Shown here in pieces: positions 54,204 through 63,850 of a stretch of 64,000 nt of DNA. The stretch covers positions 832,173-896,172 of the forward strand of contig OY970149.1 in the NCBI GenBank assembly GCA_963706095.1, written 5' to 3'. The notes under the pieces were generated by a model that saw only the letters and a list, made by a program, of their open reading frames with translations, had not been told where the DNA came from and did no database searches. This stretch comes from an uncultured Chloroflexia bacterium (GTDB taxonomy: Bacteria > Chloroflexota > Limnocylindria > Limnocylindrales > CSP1-4). The position numbers and the translations under genes are program-made. Numbering within the stretch: the stretch's first letter is position 1; each line of letters begins with the position of its first letter.

Positions 54204-55724
54204 TCATACGTTATCCGTGTCAAGCGGATCCCCGCTCAGTAGATCGCGGGCGGCGTCGAGGCGCTGAAGGGTGCGCTCGTAGCCGAGCGCGACCATCGTG
54301 TCGAATAGTGGCGGCGTTGCGGTCTTGCCCGTGATCGCGACGCGGATGGCCATGAACAAATCGCCCGCCTTCCAGCCACGCTCCTCTGCGAGCGTGCGCA
54401 GCGGAGGCTCCAGTTCGTCGGCCTCGAAGCTGACCTCCGTCAGACCCGCGATCGTCTCCCGGGCCGCCGTCAGGCCGGAGAGCGTGGTCGACGCGTCCCA
54501 GCGCTTGGGCACGAGCATGTCCGGATCGACGCGCAGCTCATCGATAAACAGGAAGTCGAGCAGCGGCCCGGCGCCGGCAAGGGTGGCCATGCGCTCGCGG
54601 ATCATCGGCATGAGCGGCCGCAAGTCCTCGGGCGTCGGGATGCGCACGCTTGCGCCGGTCGATTCGGCAGCCTGAACTTCGGCCACCACAAAGGGCAGCG
54701 TCCGCTCGAGCAGCTCTTCGTCCGACAGCTTGCGGATCCACTGGCCGTTCAGCCATTCGAGCCGCTCGCGGTCGAAGACCGCCCCGCCCGACTGCACCCG
54801 ATCGAGATCGAAGCGCTGGGTGAGCTCGTCGAGCGTGAAGATCTCCTCCTCGGTGCCGCTCGACCAACCGAGCAGCGACAAGAAGTTGACGAAGCCCTCC
54901 GGGATGTAGCCCTGGGAGCGGTAATCGGCGACGGCCGTCTGCGACTTGCGCTTGCTCATCTTGGTCCGGTCCGGATTGAGGATCAGGGGCAGGTGCGCGA
55001 ACGTCGGCTCAGCGAAGCCCATCGCGCGGAACAGAAGAACGTGCTTGGGCGTGTTCGACAGGTGGTCCTCGCCACGAATGACGTGCGTGATCGCCATGTC
55101 GGCGTCGTCGACGCAGACCACGAAGTGATAGAGCGGCGTGCCGTTCGAACGGACGATGATCAGGTCGCCGCCGAGTGCGGTCGTGTCGATCTCCACGCGG
55201 CCGCGCACCACGTCGTCGAAGGCCACGACCCCCTCCCCGACGCGGAAGCGGACAACCGGCTGCCGTCCCTCCGCTTCGTGCGCCGACCGCTGCTCACGCG
55301 TGAGCTGCGCGCAGCGCCCGACGTAATGCGGTGGCTGGTGAGCGGCCTCTTGAGCGGCCTTGTCGGCAGCGAGCTCCGCGGGTGTGCAGTAGCAGTGGTA
55401 CGCCTTGTCCTCGGCCAGCAACTGCTCGGCCACCGCGCGATAGCGATCGAGGCGCTGCATCTGGCGGTACGGCCCATAGGCACCCTTCTGTGGCTGGCCC
55501 GCAACTTCCGGACCCTCGTCCCACTCGAGCCCCAGCCAGTGCAGCTGGCTCAGGATGTCGTGCTCGAACTCGACAGTAGACCGAGCTTCGTCAGTGTCCT
55601 CGAGGCGCAGGATGAAGGTGCCGCCGTGGCGCCGCGCGTACAGGTAATTGAACAGCGCGGTGCGTGCCGTGCCGATGTGCAGCGGCCCGGTCGGGCTCGG
55701 TGCGATGCGGACGCGAACGGTCAC
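54204..55724 (-). CDS. gltX: Glutamate--tRNA ligase
   Basis: These are the last 507 aa of the 801-aa ORF. RIAPSPTGPLHIGTARTALFNY (HIGH), RLEDTD, KMSKRK (KMSKS). The GTG overlaps the upstream stop (GTGA). Confidence 0.9.
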   Translation of the reverse strand: MTVRVRIAPSPTGPLHIGTARTALFNYLYARRHGGTFILRLEDTDEARSTVEFEHDILSQLHWLGLEWDEGPEVAGQPQKGAYGPYRQMQRLDRYRAVAEQLLAEDKAYHCYCTPAELAADKAAQEAAHQPPHYVGRCAQLTREQRSAHEAEGRQPVVRFRVGEGVVAFDDVVRGRVEIDTTALGGDLIIVRSNGTPLYHFVVCVDDADMAITHVIRGEDHLSNTPKHVLLFRAMGFAEPTFAHLPLILNPDRTKMSKRKSQTAVADYRSQGYIPEGFVNFLSLLGWSSGTEEEIFTLDELTQRFDLDRVQSGGAVFDRERLEWLNGQWIRKLSDEELLERTLPFVVAEVQAAESTGASVRIPTPEDLRPLMPMIRERMATLAGAGPLLDFLFIDELRVDPDMLVPKRWDASTTLSGLTAARETIAGLTEVSFEADELEPPLRTLAEERGWKAGDLFMAIRVAITGKTATPPLFDTMVALGYERTLQRLDAARDLLSGDPLDTDNV

Positions 55725-56989
55725 CTGGTACTGACTTGTTGGGGCTGGCGCGACCAGGGTCTCAGGCCGGCGGGACCGAGCGCGATCATGCCTGCCGTTG
55801 CGACGTAGCCCAGCGCGAGCGCACCGCCGATCGCCGCGATCAGTCCGGGACTCAGCGGCAGCGCCACGCCGAGCCATGCCAGGCCGAGGATGAAGAAGAA
55901 CCCGACCACGAGCAGGCCGAGCGTCGCCACCGCAAGCACGTACGCCAGCCGCGGCACGGCCGCAAGGATGCCAAGGGTGAGCGCCATGAGCGCTCCCTGC
56001 ATGACCTCGTCGATGCGCACGGATGGGGCGAGGATGATCGCCGCGGCAAAGGGCAGCCAGGCGATCAGCGCGTAGACGACACGCTGGCCGACGCTCGGCC
56101 AGGGCTGCAGCGCTCGCTGCACGGTTTGTTCCCGCCACTGACGAGTGGCCGGCGCGGCCGGGGGTGGCGGTGCCGCCCTCGTGGCCGTGGTGCCGGCTGT
56201 CCCAAAAGCCCGGGCGGCGCCTGGCGTCCCGGCGCTCCCGGCCGTTCCGGAGTTCCCTGCCGTCCCGGCCGTTCCTGCAGGTGTCGGAGGTACAGCCTGA
56301 GCCGAGGCCGACGCGGCCGCGGCCGAAGCGCTGGCACGACGACGCTCCTGCTCCGCCGCCGTACGTGCCCGCGCCGCGGTCAGTGGCTGCGATCCCTGCT
56401 GATGGAACGAGCCGCGCCGGGGCAGCTCCTGGTCGCCGCGACGAAAGTACGCGCGCGCCGCCATCGACCACGCGGCGCCGCTCGAGCGGTTGTAGACGTC
56501 GAACTCGTTCGGGGCGTCCGACGGCGGCGGCGTGACCGGCTGACGAGGCCGGCGCCTCGTTCCGCCCTTGACGCCCTCCTCCCACCATGGGACCTCTGTC
56601 GCCGACCACGTGTAGGCCCGGCTGCTGCGCGGCTCGCGCCGAGGATCGGGATCAGGTTGGTTCGGTCGCGGCGGGGCCGGAGGGGCGTCGTCAGCTGCTT
56701 TCGGCGCGGCTGAACGGTTGCGCGCCGGGCGCGGGGGACGCACGCCACGATCGGCTCGAATCGGTCCGGGCGCGTGGCGCGCGTCCCATTCGCGGCGCAG
56801 CAGCGGATCCGACAGGACCCGGTAGGCCTCCTGGACGCGCAGGAATCGGCGCGTGTCGCCGCCACCGGAGTCGGGGTGGAACCGCTTGGCCAGCTTTCGG
56901 TGGGCGGCCTTGATCTCGAGCTCAGTGGCCGCGCGGGCGACGCCGAGGGTCCGGTATGGGTCGGCGACGTGGGGCGCGGGCTGGCTCAA
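55721..56989 (-). CDS. J-domain protein with long disordered linker and C-terminal 4-TM domain
   Basis: DPYRTLGV....EIKAAHRKLAKRFHPD (HPD motif), Pro/Arg/Ala-rich about 230-aa region, then four hydrophobic helices. Confidence 0.7.
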   Translation of the reverse strand: MSQPAPHVADPYRTLGVARAATELEIKAAHRKLAKRFHPDSGGGDTRRFLRVQEAYRVLSDPLLRREWDARHAPGPIRADRGVRPPRPARNRSAAPKAADDAPPAPPRPNQPDPDPRREPRSSRAYTWSATEVPWWEEGVKGGTRRRPRQPVTPPPSDAPNEFDVYNRSSGAAWSMAARAYFRRGDQELPRRGSFHQQGSQPLTAARARTAAEQERRRASASAAAASASAQAVPPTPAGTAGTAGNSGTAGSAGTPGAARAFGTAGTTATRAAPPPPAAPATRQWREQTVQRALQPWPSVGQRVVYALIAWLPFAAAIILAPSVRIDEVMQGALMALTLGILAAVPRLAYVLAVATLGLLVVGFFFILGLAWLGVALPLSPGLIAAIGGALALGYVATAGMIALGPAGLRPWSRQPQQVSTR

Positions 56990-57004
56990 CTTGCGGCCGT
57001 GCGC

Positions 57005-58192
57005 CTACGCGAGCTCGGACAGCGGCGCAAGCTGGAAGGCTGGCACCGTTGCGGCGATCTCGATGCCGCGTGGATCCTCGGTCGGCGGCCGATGAAGCTC
57101 GTGCAGCCGCTCCAGCACCGCGCCATCGAGTACGCGCAGCTGCGCCAGCGCTTCGATCGCCGACGACCGGTTGGCACGGCCTTCCCCGTCCCCGTCCTCG
57201 ATCTTGACGACCATGCCCGCGGCTGGTGTGCCGGCCCCGCGCGCGCCCGCGAGCACGCCGATCCCGCGCAGCCCCTCGGCTCCGCCCTTGCTCACGAGCA
57301 GGCCCGGGCGGGCGCGCATGAGCGTCGTATCGGTCGAGCCGCGCGAGCCGCCGACCATCTCCGGCGCGGCCATCATCGCGTCCCGAATGCGCGTCAGCGG
57401 CGCAACCAGCGGCGCCAGTGCGGCACCTGTCCTGGTGCTCGCTGCGCCCTCCGGATCGGCCAGCACCGCGAACGCGCGCGCCATCGCCGACAGCGGGAAG
57501 GCGTACGTCAGCACGCCGCAGTTGTCGACGCCGCTGACGAGATCGGTGCGCCGCATCCCGAAGATGCGCGCGACGATGTCCGCCGCAGCGACCTGGGTCG
57601 GGTGCTCGGGGCGCCAGTAGTCGGGCAGCGTCCAGCCGCCGATCCGTGCCAGGAGCAGGCTCGCGACATGGAAGCCGGAGCACATGTGGCGGACCGGCCC
57701 GGGGGTCTCACCCTCGCGCGCGAGGCGCGACCTGGTCAGCGCGTCGGCCGGCGCTCCCTCAGTCCCGCACGCCAGGAGCGACTGCGACAGCCCAGCGCGT
57801 CGCAGCACACCCTGGACGGTTCGGACGTGGGCGTCCTCGCCGTTGTGCGACGCGGCCATGATCGCGATCTCCGGATCAGTCAGGTGGAATTGATCGGCGG
57901 CTCCTGCCTCGAGCAGCGCGACCAGGGCAAAGGGCTTGATCGCCGAACGCATCGAGGTGACGTAATCGGGGTCGCCAACGCCGCGCTCGACTCGGCCGCT
58001 GACGTCGACCTGCATGACGTGGCCGCGGTGGCGGCTCTCCACGAAGGGCCCGCGCCGGACCTCTGCCAGCACGGGAGCGGCCGCATTGCGCGGGTACCGG
58101 GCGCGTGGCAGCGCCGGGCGCGAGGCGATTCGGCCGGTTGTCGGGCGCGCCTCGGATAGGCCCGCGGCGGGCTTCGTCTGGGTCCTTGCCAT
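57005..58192 (-). CDS. Asparaginase II family protein (Rhizobium AnsA-type)
   Basis: [36 protein letters not shown] motifs as I recall them for the asparaginase_II family. Confidence 0.6.
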   Translation of the reverse strand: MARTQTKPAAGLSEARPTTGRIASRPALPRARYPRNAAAPVLAEVRRGPFVESRHRGHVMQVDVSGRVERGVGDPDYVTSMRSAIKPFALVALLEAGAADQFHLTDPEIAIMAASHNGEDAHVRTVQGVLRRAGLSQSLLACGTEGAPADALTRSRLAREGETPGPVRHMCSGFHVASLLLARIGGWTLPDYWRPEHPTQVAAADIVARIFGMRRTDLVSGVDNCGVLTYAFPLSAMARAFAVLADPEGAASTRTGAALAPLVAPLTRIRDAMMAAPEMVGGSRGSTDTTLMRARPGLLVSKGGAEGLRGIGVLAGARGAGTPAAGMVVKIEDGDGEGRANRSSAIEALAQLRVLDGAVLERLHELHRPPTEDPRGIEIAATVPAFQLAPLSELA

Positions 58193-58256
58193 GCTCGGCG
58201 ATGGTAGCGGCTCGCCGCCCGAATCCCTGAGTGGGCCACCCTACAATCGGCCGGAC

Positions 58257-58907
58257 ATGACAGCCCATCCCGACTTCCCCTCACTGCGCGTTTCGGCGCA
58301 CCCGGCAGTGCTGCACAAGCTCGCGCTGCTGCGCGACGAAACGACCAAGCCGCCACAGTTCCGGCAGCTGGTGCGCGAGATCTCGTGGCTGCTGGGCTAC
58401 GAGGCTTTGCTCGATGCGCGCGTTACGCCACGGCCGGTGACCACGCCGCTCGAGCTGATGGAGGGCTCGCGCCTGGCCGATCGCATCGGTCTCGTGCCGA
58501 TCCTGCGCGCCGGCCTGGGCATGGTCGACGCGATGCTCGAGCTGATGCCCACGGCGCAGGTGTGGCACCTGGGACTGTTTCGCGACGAGCGCACGCTGCG
58601 GCCGGTCGAGTACTACAACCGCCTGCCCGACTCAGCGACGGTCGACGTGTGCCTGATCCTCGACCCGATGCTGGCCACGGGCGGCTCGGCCACGGCCGCG
58701 ATCGACGTGCTGAAGAACTGGGGGGCGACGCGCATCAAGCTGATCAACCTGATTGCGGCCCCGGAGGGCGTGCGAACCGTCCAGGCGGCGCATCCCGATG
58801 TGCCGATCCACGTCGCCGCGCTGGATCGGCAGCTCAACGAGAAGGGCTACATCATGCCCGGCCTGGGCGACGCCGGCGATCGCCAGTTCGGCACCGGCCA
58901 CTCCTGA
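58257..58907 (+). CDS. upp: Uracil phosphoribosyltransferase
   Basis: HP....KL..LRD..T....[39 protein letters not shown]. Confidence 0.9.
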   Translation: MTAHPDFPSLRVSAHPAVLHKLALLRDETTKPPQFRQLVREISWLLGYEALLDARVTPRPVTTPLELMEGSRLADRIGLVPILRAGLGMVDAMLELMPTAQVWHLGLFRDERTLRPVEYYNRLPDSATVDVCLILDPMLATGGSATAAIDVLKNWGATRIKLINLIAAPEGVRTVQAAHPDVPIHVAALDRQLNEKGYIMPGLGDAGDRQFGTGHS

Positions 58908-58918
58908 CAGCAGGGACT

Positions 58919-59896
58919 GTGAGCGACTCCGAGCTGGTCACAGTCGATAGCGCTCCGGCAGCGGAGGACCCGTGGCGGGATGCCTCCCAGGCGCCTTCGG
59001 GCGCTGTTCGGCTGCCGCTCAGCTGGGAGCTCTTCGTCTTCGGCATCGCGCTGATATCGGTCGTGAACCTCGTGCTGTTTGGGCTGTCACGCAATGCGGC
59101 CGTGGCCCAGGTCGTGGCGGTCATGGACATCGCCATCACGATCGTTTTCATCATCGATTTCGTGGCGCGCATCGCGGCGGCCGACCGGCGCGCTGCCTAC
59201 ATGATCTCCGGCTATGGCTGGCTCGATCTCGCCTCATGCCTGCCCGGGGTGCGGCTGGTTCGGTTCGTGAGGCTCGTCGCCGTCATCCGCCGCTTTCGCG
59301 CACGCGGTGGGCTCGACGCCGTCGAGGACAACCTGACCGTCAATCGCGCCCGGGCCATCCTGCTGTTCGTCCTGCTGCTGACCGTGGCCGTTATCGAGTA
59401 CGGCAGCATGGCCATCCTGGCAATCGAGGAGCCGGCCCAGGGCTCCAATATCAAGACCGCGTCGGATGCGCTCTGGTACCTGGTCGTGACGATCTCCACG
59501 ATCGGCTACGGCGATCGCTATCCGACCACTGACCTCGGGCGGCTGGTGGGCACGGTCGTGCTCGTGACCGGGATTGCGCTTTTCAGCACGCTGACGGGCT
59601 ATCTCGCACACTTCTTCTACTCGGCCGGAGAAGGAGAGCGCCGCGTCCTTCGTCGGCGACGACTCCGGCGCAGCTGCGCGCGGATGGATCGAAGGAGCGC
59701 GACGCGCCGTAACGGCCGAGACGTACAGACGACGCACGGAGGGACCTACACGCATGTTCACGGCCACCAAGGACCTGATGCTCCCTGCCACCGTCACCGG
59801 GTCGTGGCCGCGGCCGCGCTGGTACGACCAGGGCCTGTGGGGCCGGCCCCTCGACACGGCGCTGCTCGACGTCCGCTTCCGCGAGCAATTTCTTGA
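58919..59896 (+). CDS. Voltage-sensor-like potassium channel (ion transport family); 3' end uncertain
   Basis: GTG start inside ORF 58385-59896. S4-like RLVRFVRLVAVIRRFR, selectivity filter TISTIGYGD. After ...AHFFYS the reading becomes Arg-rich and overlaps the next gene. A TAA in another frame near 59710 suggests a frame change. Confidence 0.65.
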   Translation: MSDSELVTVDSAPAAEDPWRDASQAPSGAVRLPLSWELFVFGIALISVVNLVLFGLSRNAAVAQVVAVMDIAITIVFIIDFVARIAAADRRAAYMISGYGWLDLASCLPGVRLVRFVRLVAVIRRFRARGGLDAVEDNLTVNRARAILLFVLLLTVAVIEYGSMAILAIEEPAQGSNIKTASDALWYLVVTISTIGYGDRYPTTDLGRLVGTVVLVTGIALFSTLTGYLAHFFYSAGEGERRVLRRRRLRRSCARMDRRSATRRNGRDVQTTHGGTYTHVHGHQGPDAPCHRHRVVAAAALVRPGPVGPAPRHGAARRPLPRAIS

Positions 59897-60998
59897 CGCG
59901 CACGCCGTCGTCCTGGCCGACCAACAGCGCGCCGGCCTGGACATCTTCACCAACGGGGACTACCACCTCGACGAGGACTTCGCCGGCCGCTCGTGGCACC
60001 ACTATCCCCTTCAGCGCTGGCTCGGGCTCGAGCACGAGGAGCTGCAGTACGAGCGCTCACGTGACTCGCTGCTCGCCTTCGCGCCGGGCACGCTCATGAA
60101 CGAGATCGAGACGACGTGGCGCTGGCCGCGTGTCGTCGGCAAGGTCGAGCACAACCCCAGGAACCCGCTCGAGTACGCCAAGCTGTGGCGCATCGCCCAG
60201 GCACGCGCCGGCAAGCCCGTCAAGTTCGGGACGTGCTCGTCCCAGGTCCTGGCCATCTTCCTCGAATCGCACACGTCGGAATACGACCTCGACGACAAGA
60301 AGCAGCTGATCTGGGACATGGCCACGGCCATGAATCTGGAGCTGCGCCAGCTGGCCGCCGCCGGCGCGAAGGTCATCCAGATCGAGGAGCCGACCATCCA
60401 CTTCACAGCCGCCTTCCATCCCGAGCAGAAGGAGCTGCTCGACTTCATGGTCGAGGCCTTCAATCACGAGGTCGACGGCCTGGACGACGTCGAGCTGTGG
60501 ATCCACACCTGCTGGGGCAACCCGAACATGCAGAAGGTCTACAGCGGCGAGTCGTACGCCAACTCGATCGAGACCTACCTGGAGCGCCTGAAGGGCGACG
60601 TCTGGACCGTCGAAGCGACCGAGAACGAGCTCGCCGAGATCGATCTCTTCAAGCCGTTCGCCAGCAGCCTCAAGAAGAAAGTCGCGGTTGGCGTCGTCAG
60701 CCATCGCCAGCTTCAGGCGGACATGGCGCCGGTCGTTGCCGGGCGCATCCGTCGAGCGCTGGAGGTGATTCCGGCAGACAAGCTGATCCTGTCCAGCGAC
60801 TGTGGCTTCGGTCGCCAGGGCTTCAATCGGACGGTGGCGTTCTACAAGGCGACGGGCATCGCCCAGGGACGTAACGTCGTCCTCAAGGAGCTCGGGCTGG
60901 CGGAGCGCTACGTCCCGGCCGCCGATCCGGCGCTGCAGACCGACGTCCTGCCCGACCGTGAGCCACTGACCCATCTGCCCTCGCCCTGGTCGAAGTGA
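59754..60998 (+). CDS. Cobalamin-independent methionine-synthase-like (MetE C-terminal/UROD-like) family protein
   Basis: RBS GGAGGGA. LPATVTGSWPRP.W, DIFTNGD, IQIEEPT, IHTCWGN, SSDCGFG (Zn-ligand-like His/Cys). Confidence 0.6.
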   Translation: MFTATKDLMLPATVTGSWPRPRWYDQGLWGRPLDTALLDVRFREQFLDAHAVVLADQQRAGLDIFTNGDYHLDEDFAGRSWHHYPLQRWLGLEHEELQYERSRDSLLAFAPGTLMNEIETTWRWPRVVGKVEHNPRNPLEYAKLWRIAQARAGKPVKFGTCSSQVLAIFLESHTSEYDLDDKKQLIWDMATAMNLELRQLAAAGAKVIQIEEPTIHFTAAFHPEQKELLDFMVEAFNHEVDGLDDVELWIHTCWGNPNMQKVYSGESYANSIETYLERLKGDVWTVEATENELAEIDLFKPFASSLKKKVAVGVVSHRQLQADMAPVVAGRIRRALEVIPADKLILSSDCGFGRQGFNRTVAFYKATGIAQGRNVVLKELGLAERYVPAADPALQTDVLPDREPLTHLPSPWSK

Positions 60999-61008
60999 CC
61001 GGGCCGCG

Positions 61009-61683
61009 ATGAGCGGTTCTGGGCCGGATTGGGTTGCCTGGCACGATTCCTACGACGAGCCGGGCAGCTCGCTCCAGCGGCGCCTCGCCATCGTTCAACG
61101 TCTCCTCGTCGAAGCGCTCCAGCGGTTCGAGCGATCGCCCGTTCGGGTCGTGAGCATGTGCGCCGGGCAGGCGCGCGACCTGACCGGCGCAATCGAGCAA
61201 TCCGGGCGGCGCGACATCGTTGGGCGGCTGGTCGAGATCAATCCCGAGCTGGCCGAGCACGCGCGCGACGGCCTGCGCCGCCTGGGCCTGGCCGACGTCG
61301 AGGTTGTGACCGGCGACGCCAGTGAGCTGTCGGCTTACGAAGGCGCCGTTCCGGCCGACCTGGTCCTGCAATGCGGCATCTTCGGCAACGTCAGTGATGC
61401 CGACATCGAGGCCACGATTCGCGCCCTGCCTGAGCTGTGCGCTACCGGCGCCACAGTGGTCTGGACGCGCCACCGCCGGCCGCCCGACATGACCATCGAC
61501 ATCCGCCGCTGGCTGGAGGAGATCGGCTTCGAGAACACAGGCTTCGAGGCCGTGGACGACCAGCAGCGCCAGGGCGCGGTCGGTGCCGCCTTGTTCCGCG
61601 GGGAGCCACGGCCGCTGGAGAGCCGCCGATTGTTCACGTTCGACGACGAGATGGTTATGCGCCGCCACCGACCTGGGGCCTAG
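61009..61683 (+). CDS. Class I SAM-dependent methyltransferase
   Basis: VVSMCAGQARD, LVEINPELAE, VVTGDAS, LVLQCGIFGNV. Confidence 0.55.
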   Translation: MSGSGPDWVAWHDSYDEPGSSLQRRLAIVQRLLVEALQRFERSPVRVVSMCAGQARDLTGAIEQSGRRDIVGRLVEINPELAEHARDGLRRLGLADVEVVTGDASELSAYEGAVPADLVLQCGIFGNVSDADIEATIRALPELCATGATVVWTRHRRPPDMTIDIRRWLEEIGFENTGFEAVDDQQRQGAVGAALFRGEPRPLESRRLFTFDDEMVMRRHRPGA

Positions 61684-61692
61684 CCTCGGCGA

Positions 61693-61977
61693 ATGGAGAT
61701 CATGGATCCGGCGCTCGAGCCGGAAATTAACCCGGCGAAGCCGTGTGAGCACGCGCCGGAAACTCTCGTTGTGCCCCGCGCTGACGAGTGCGAGGAGTGC
61801 GGCAGCCGTTTCAATCTGCGCTCGTGCTCCGAGTGTGGCCACGTCGGCTGCTGCGAATCGCAGGCGGGGCACGCGCGCGTCCACGCGCTCGGCGAGGCCC
61901 ATCCGGTGATCGAGCAGATGACGTCGGCGGGCGCGGGCTTCGCCTGGTGCTACCTCGAGAACAGGTACGTCCGATAG
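61693..61977 (+). CDS. UBP-type zinc-finger domain protein
   Basis: CEH....C.ECG....LR.C..CGHVGCC.....H...H......HP pattern typical of zf-UBP. Confidence 0.6.
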   Translation: MEIMDPALEPEINPAKPCEHAPETLVVPRADECEECGSRFNLRSCSECGHVGCCESQAGHARVHALGEAHPVIEQMTSAGAGFAWCYLENRYVR

Positions 61978-61993
61978 GCGGGCCGATTACCCC

Positions 61994-63850
61994 CTAGCGC
62001 TGGATGTGCAACCGGTAGACGCGGACGTAATCGAAATCGGCGGTGAAGCCGTTGCCGCCCATCGCGACCAGGCCGAGCGACGGTGAGTCGAGGTCGTGCG
62101 TCCACACTGCACCGCGATTCCACGACGAGCCGTCGCGGCTCACGTACGCCTGGTAGTAATCCTGGCCACTGCGGTGCCAGTGAACGACGCGCAGGTAAGT
62201 CCATTCGTTCGGCGCCGTCACCACCGTGTTGCCGTAACGCGGATAGCCACTGGGCACCGGCGCGAGCTCCTTGGCCCACTCCGTCTGGCGCGTCTCCCAG
62301 ATCGAGGCGTGGACGAGCTTCAGGAAGTTGTCGTCGCCGCCATAGACGACCATTCCCGCCTGGACGTAGTTGAAGCAGCAACCGTCCGCGGGCAGGTTGA
62401 GCTTGACTCGGGTCTCGGCGATCCACTCGCCTGCGGGCAGGTCCGCGAGCAGCACCGAGGCGTCGTTTCTGTCAACGAAGAGATCGGCCGCTTGGGTGTC
62501 GAACTGGAAGGTTTCCGCCGTCATCCGGTACTCCGCCGACGACGGCTCGCGCACCCACGACCAATCCCCGTTCATCGTTCCGTTGAACTCGTCCGCGAAT
62601 AGGAGCGCGCCCATGTTGTGGTTCGGCGGCCTTTCCTTCCGATAGCGCGTGTGCTGGCCTGGCTGCGCAGCAGGCCCTTGCATGTACTTGTTCGAGATCC
62701 AGCTCTCGTTGCGTACCGTCGGCCAGCCGCCTGCCCAATCGATCGGGTCCAGAAGCACCGGGCGCTTGGTGAAGCCAACCGCACCTTCGAAGTAGGGGTC
62801 GTACTGGTTGATCGCGTGGTAGAAGGTCCACCACTGTCCGTCGAAGTCCCTGAAGGTCGTCTGATGCCCGGGGCCAACCCATCGGTTCCCATTCATGGTC
62901 AGGAAGACGCTTCCGCCAACACGGCCGTCGAGCAGGCTGACGCCATCACGATCGACGAATGGGCCGGTGGGACTGGTCGAGCGGCCAACGAAAACGCTGT
63001 AGCCGGTCAACGGTCCGTTGCAGCAGTTGGTGGCCGAGCCGAGGAAGTAGTAGTACCCCCGGCGATAGATGACCTCGGACCCTTCGTAGCGATTCGGGAT
63101 GGTGATCTGCGTGGCCGTCGCAGAGCTCGCCGTCAATCCGTCCGCGCTCAGCTCTCGGACCTGGACGCCGCCGTAGTAGCTGCCGTAGTAGATGAACTTC
63201 TCGCCTGCGTTTGAGGAGTCCTGGGCGACGATCACGTCCGGGTCGAACGTCCAGAAGAAGTCACAACCTGGACCGTTGCGCCGCGGCTCGATCACCGGCG
63301 CGCCGCTGTCTGTCCAGGGGCCCAGTGGGCTGTCGCTGGTTGCAACTCCGATCGCATTGTCACCGTGACAGCCGGGCTCTCCGCTTACCCCGTCGACAAC
63401 GTCCGTGATGCCGTAGTAGAGGTAGTACTGCCCGTTGAAATGCTGTATCTCGGGTGCCCACATGCCGGCAGTCGGATCCGCCCACGAAGGCCGCGTGCTG
63501 AAAGCGTCGCCCTGGTAGGTCCAGTTCACGAGGTCGGTCGAGCGCAGCATGGGGATCAGGTGGAAGTTGAAATCGCTTCCGGTCCTGTCGTCGCTGTTGA
63601 GCGGGTCGGTGGTGCAGTACATGTAGTAGGCGTTGTCACCCGCGGTCTGCCCGCGAATCATGGTGGGGTCGGCACACGACTCCACTTCGCCACCGCCAGG
63701 GATGCGCACGTCAACTGGATTGCGGTAATTCCGCGATGCCGCGGCGACCGGCACGGCGGTGGCCAGCAGCGCCACCGCGAGGAGTGCCATCATCGCCAGT
63801 CCGATCCTGCGTCCGCCTCCAACACGCGCGTCCCACCCGGCGAGCTTCAT
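61994..63850 (-). CDS. Secreted glycoside hydrolase family 43 with C-terminal concanavalin-like (LamG/DUF1349-type) domain
   Basis: Internal Met MKLAGW... with signal peptide. Five-bladed-propeller-type motifs CADPTMI, MWAPEI, NAIGVATS, YYGSYYGG, GPGH. Beta-sandwich C-terminus. The ORF track allows an upstream start at 63979. Confidence 0.6.
   Translation of the reverse strand: MKLAGWDARVGGGRRIGLAMMALLAVALLATAVPVAAASRNYRNPVDVRIPGGGEVESCADPTMIRGQTAGDNAYYMYCTTDPLNSDDRTGSDFNFHLIPMLRSTDLVNWTYQGDAFSTRPSWADPTAGMWAPEIQHFNGQYYLYYGITDVVDGVSGEPGCHGDNAIGVATSDSPLGPWTDSGAPVIEPRRNGPGCDFFWTFDPDVIVAQDSSNAGEKFIYYGSYYGGVQVRELSADGLTASSATATQITIPNRYEGSEVIYRRGYYYFLGSATNCCNGPLTGYSVFVGRSTSPTGPFVDRDGVSLLDGRVGGSVFLTMNGNRWVGPGHQTTFRDFDGQWWTFYHAINQYDPYFEGAVGFTKRPVLLDPIDWAGGWPTVRNESWISNKYMQGPAAQPGQHTRYRKERPPNHNMGALLFADEFNGTMNGDWSWVREPSSAEYRMTAETFQFDTQAADLFVDRNDASVLLADLPAGEWIAETRVKLNLPADGCCFNYVQAGMVVYGGDDNFLKLVHASIWETRQTEWAKELAPVPSGYPRYGNTVVTAPNEWTYLRVVHWHRSGQDYYQAYVSRDGSSWNRGAVWTHDLDSPSLGLVAMGGNGFTADFDYVRVYRLHIQR

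Noticed and set aside
54204-56609. 801-aa ORF that would give GltX a 294-aa N-terminal extension.
   Set aside because: The extension is low-complexity and overlaps, in another frame, the well-supported J-domain/TM gene. The class I HIGH motif lies immediately after a GTG that overlaps that gene's stop.
60990-61012. Apparent 1-nt disagreements between printed sequence numbering and ORF-track coordinates (also near 63847-63979).
   Set aside because: This is most likely my own miscounting of the printed blocks. Other junctions I checked (19535, 25523, 55721, 58257, 59754, 61681, 61994) agree exactly. I therefore use ORF-track coordinates and quote motif positions as approximate.
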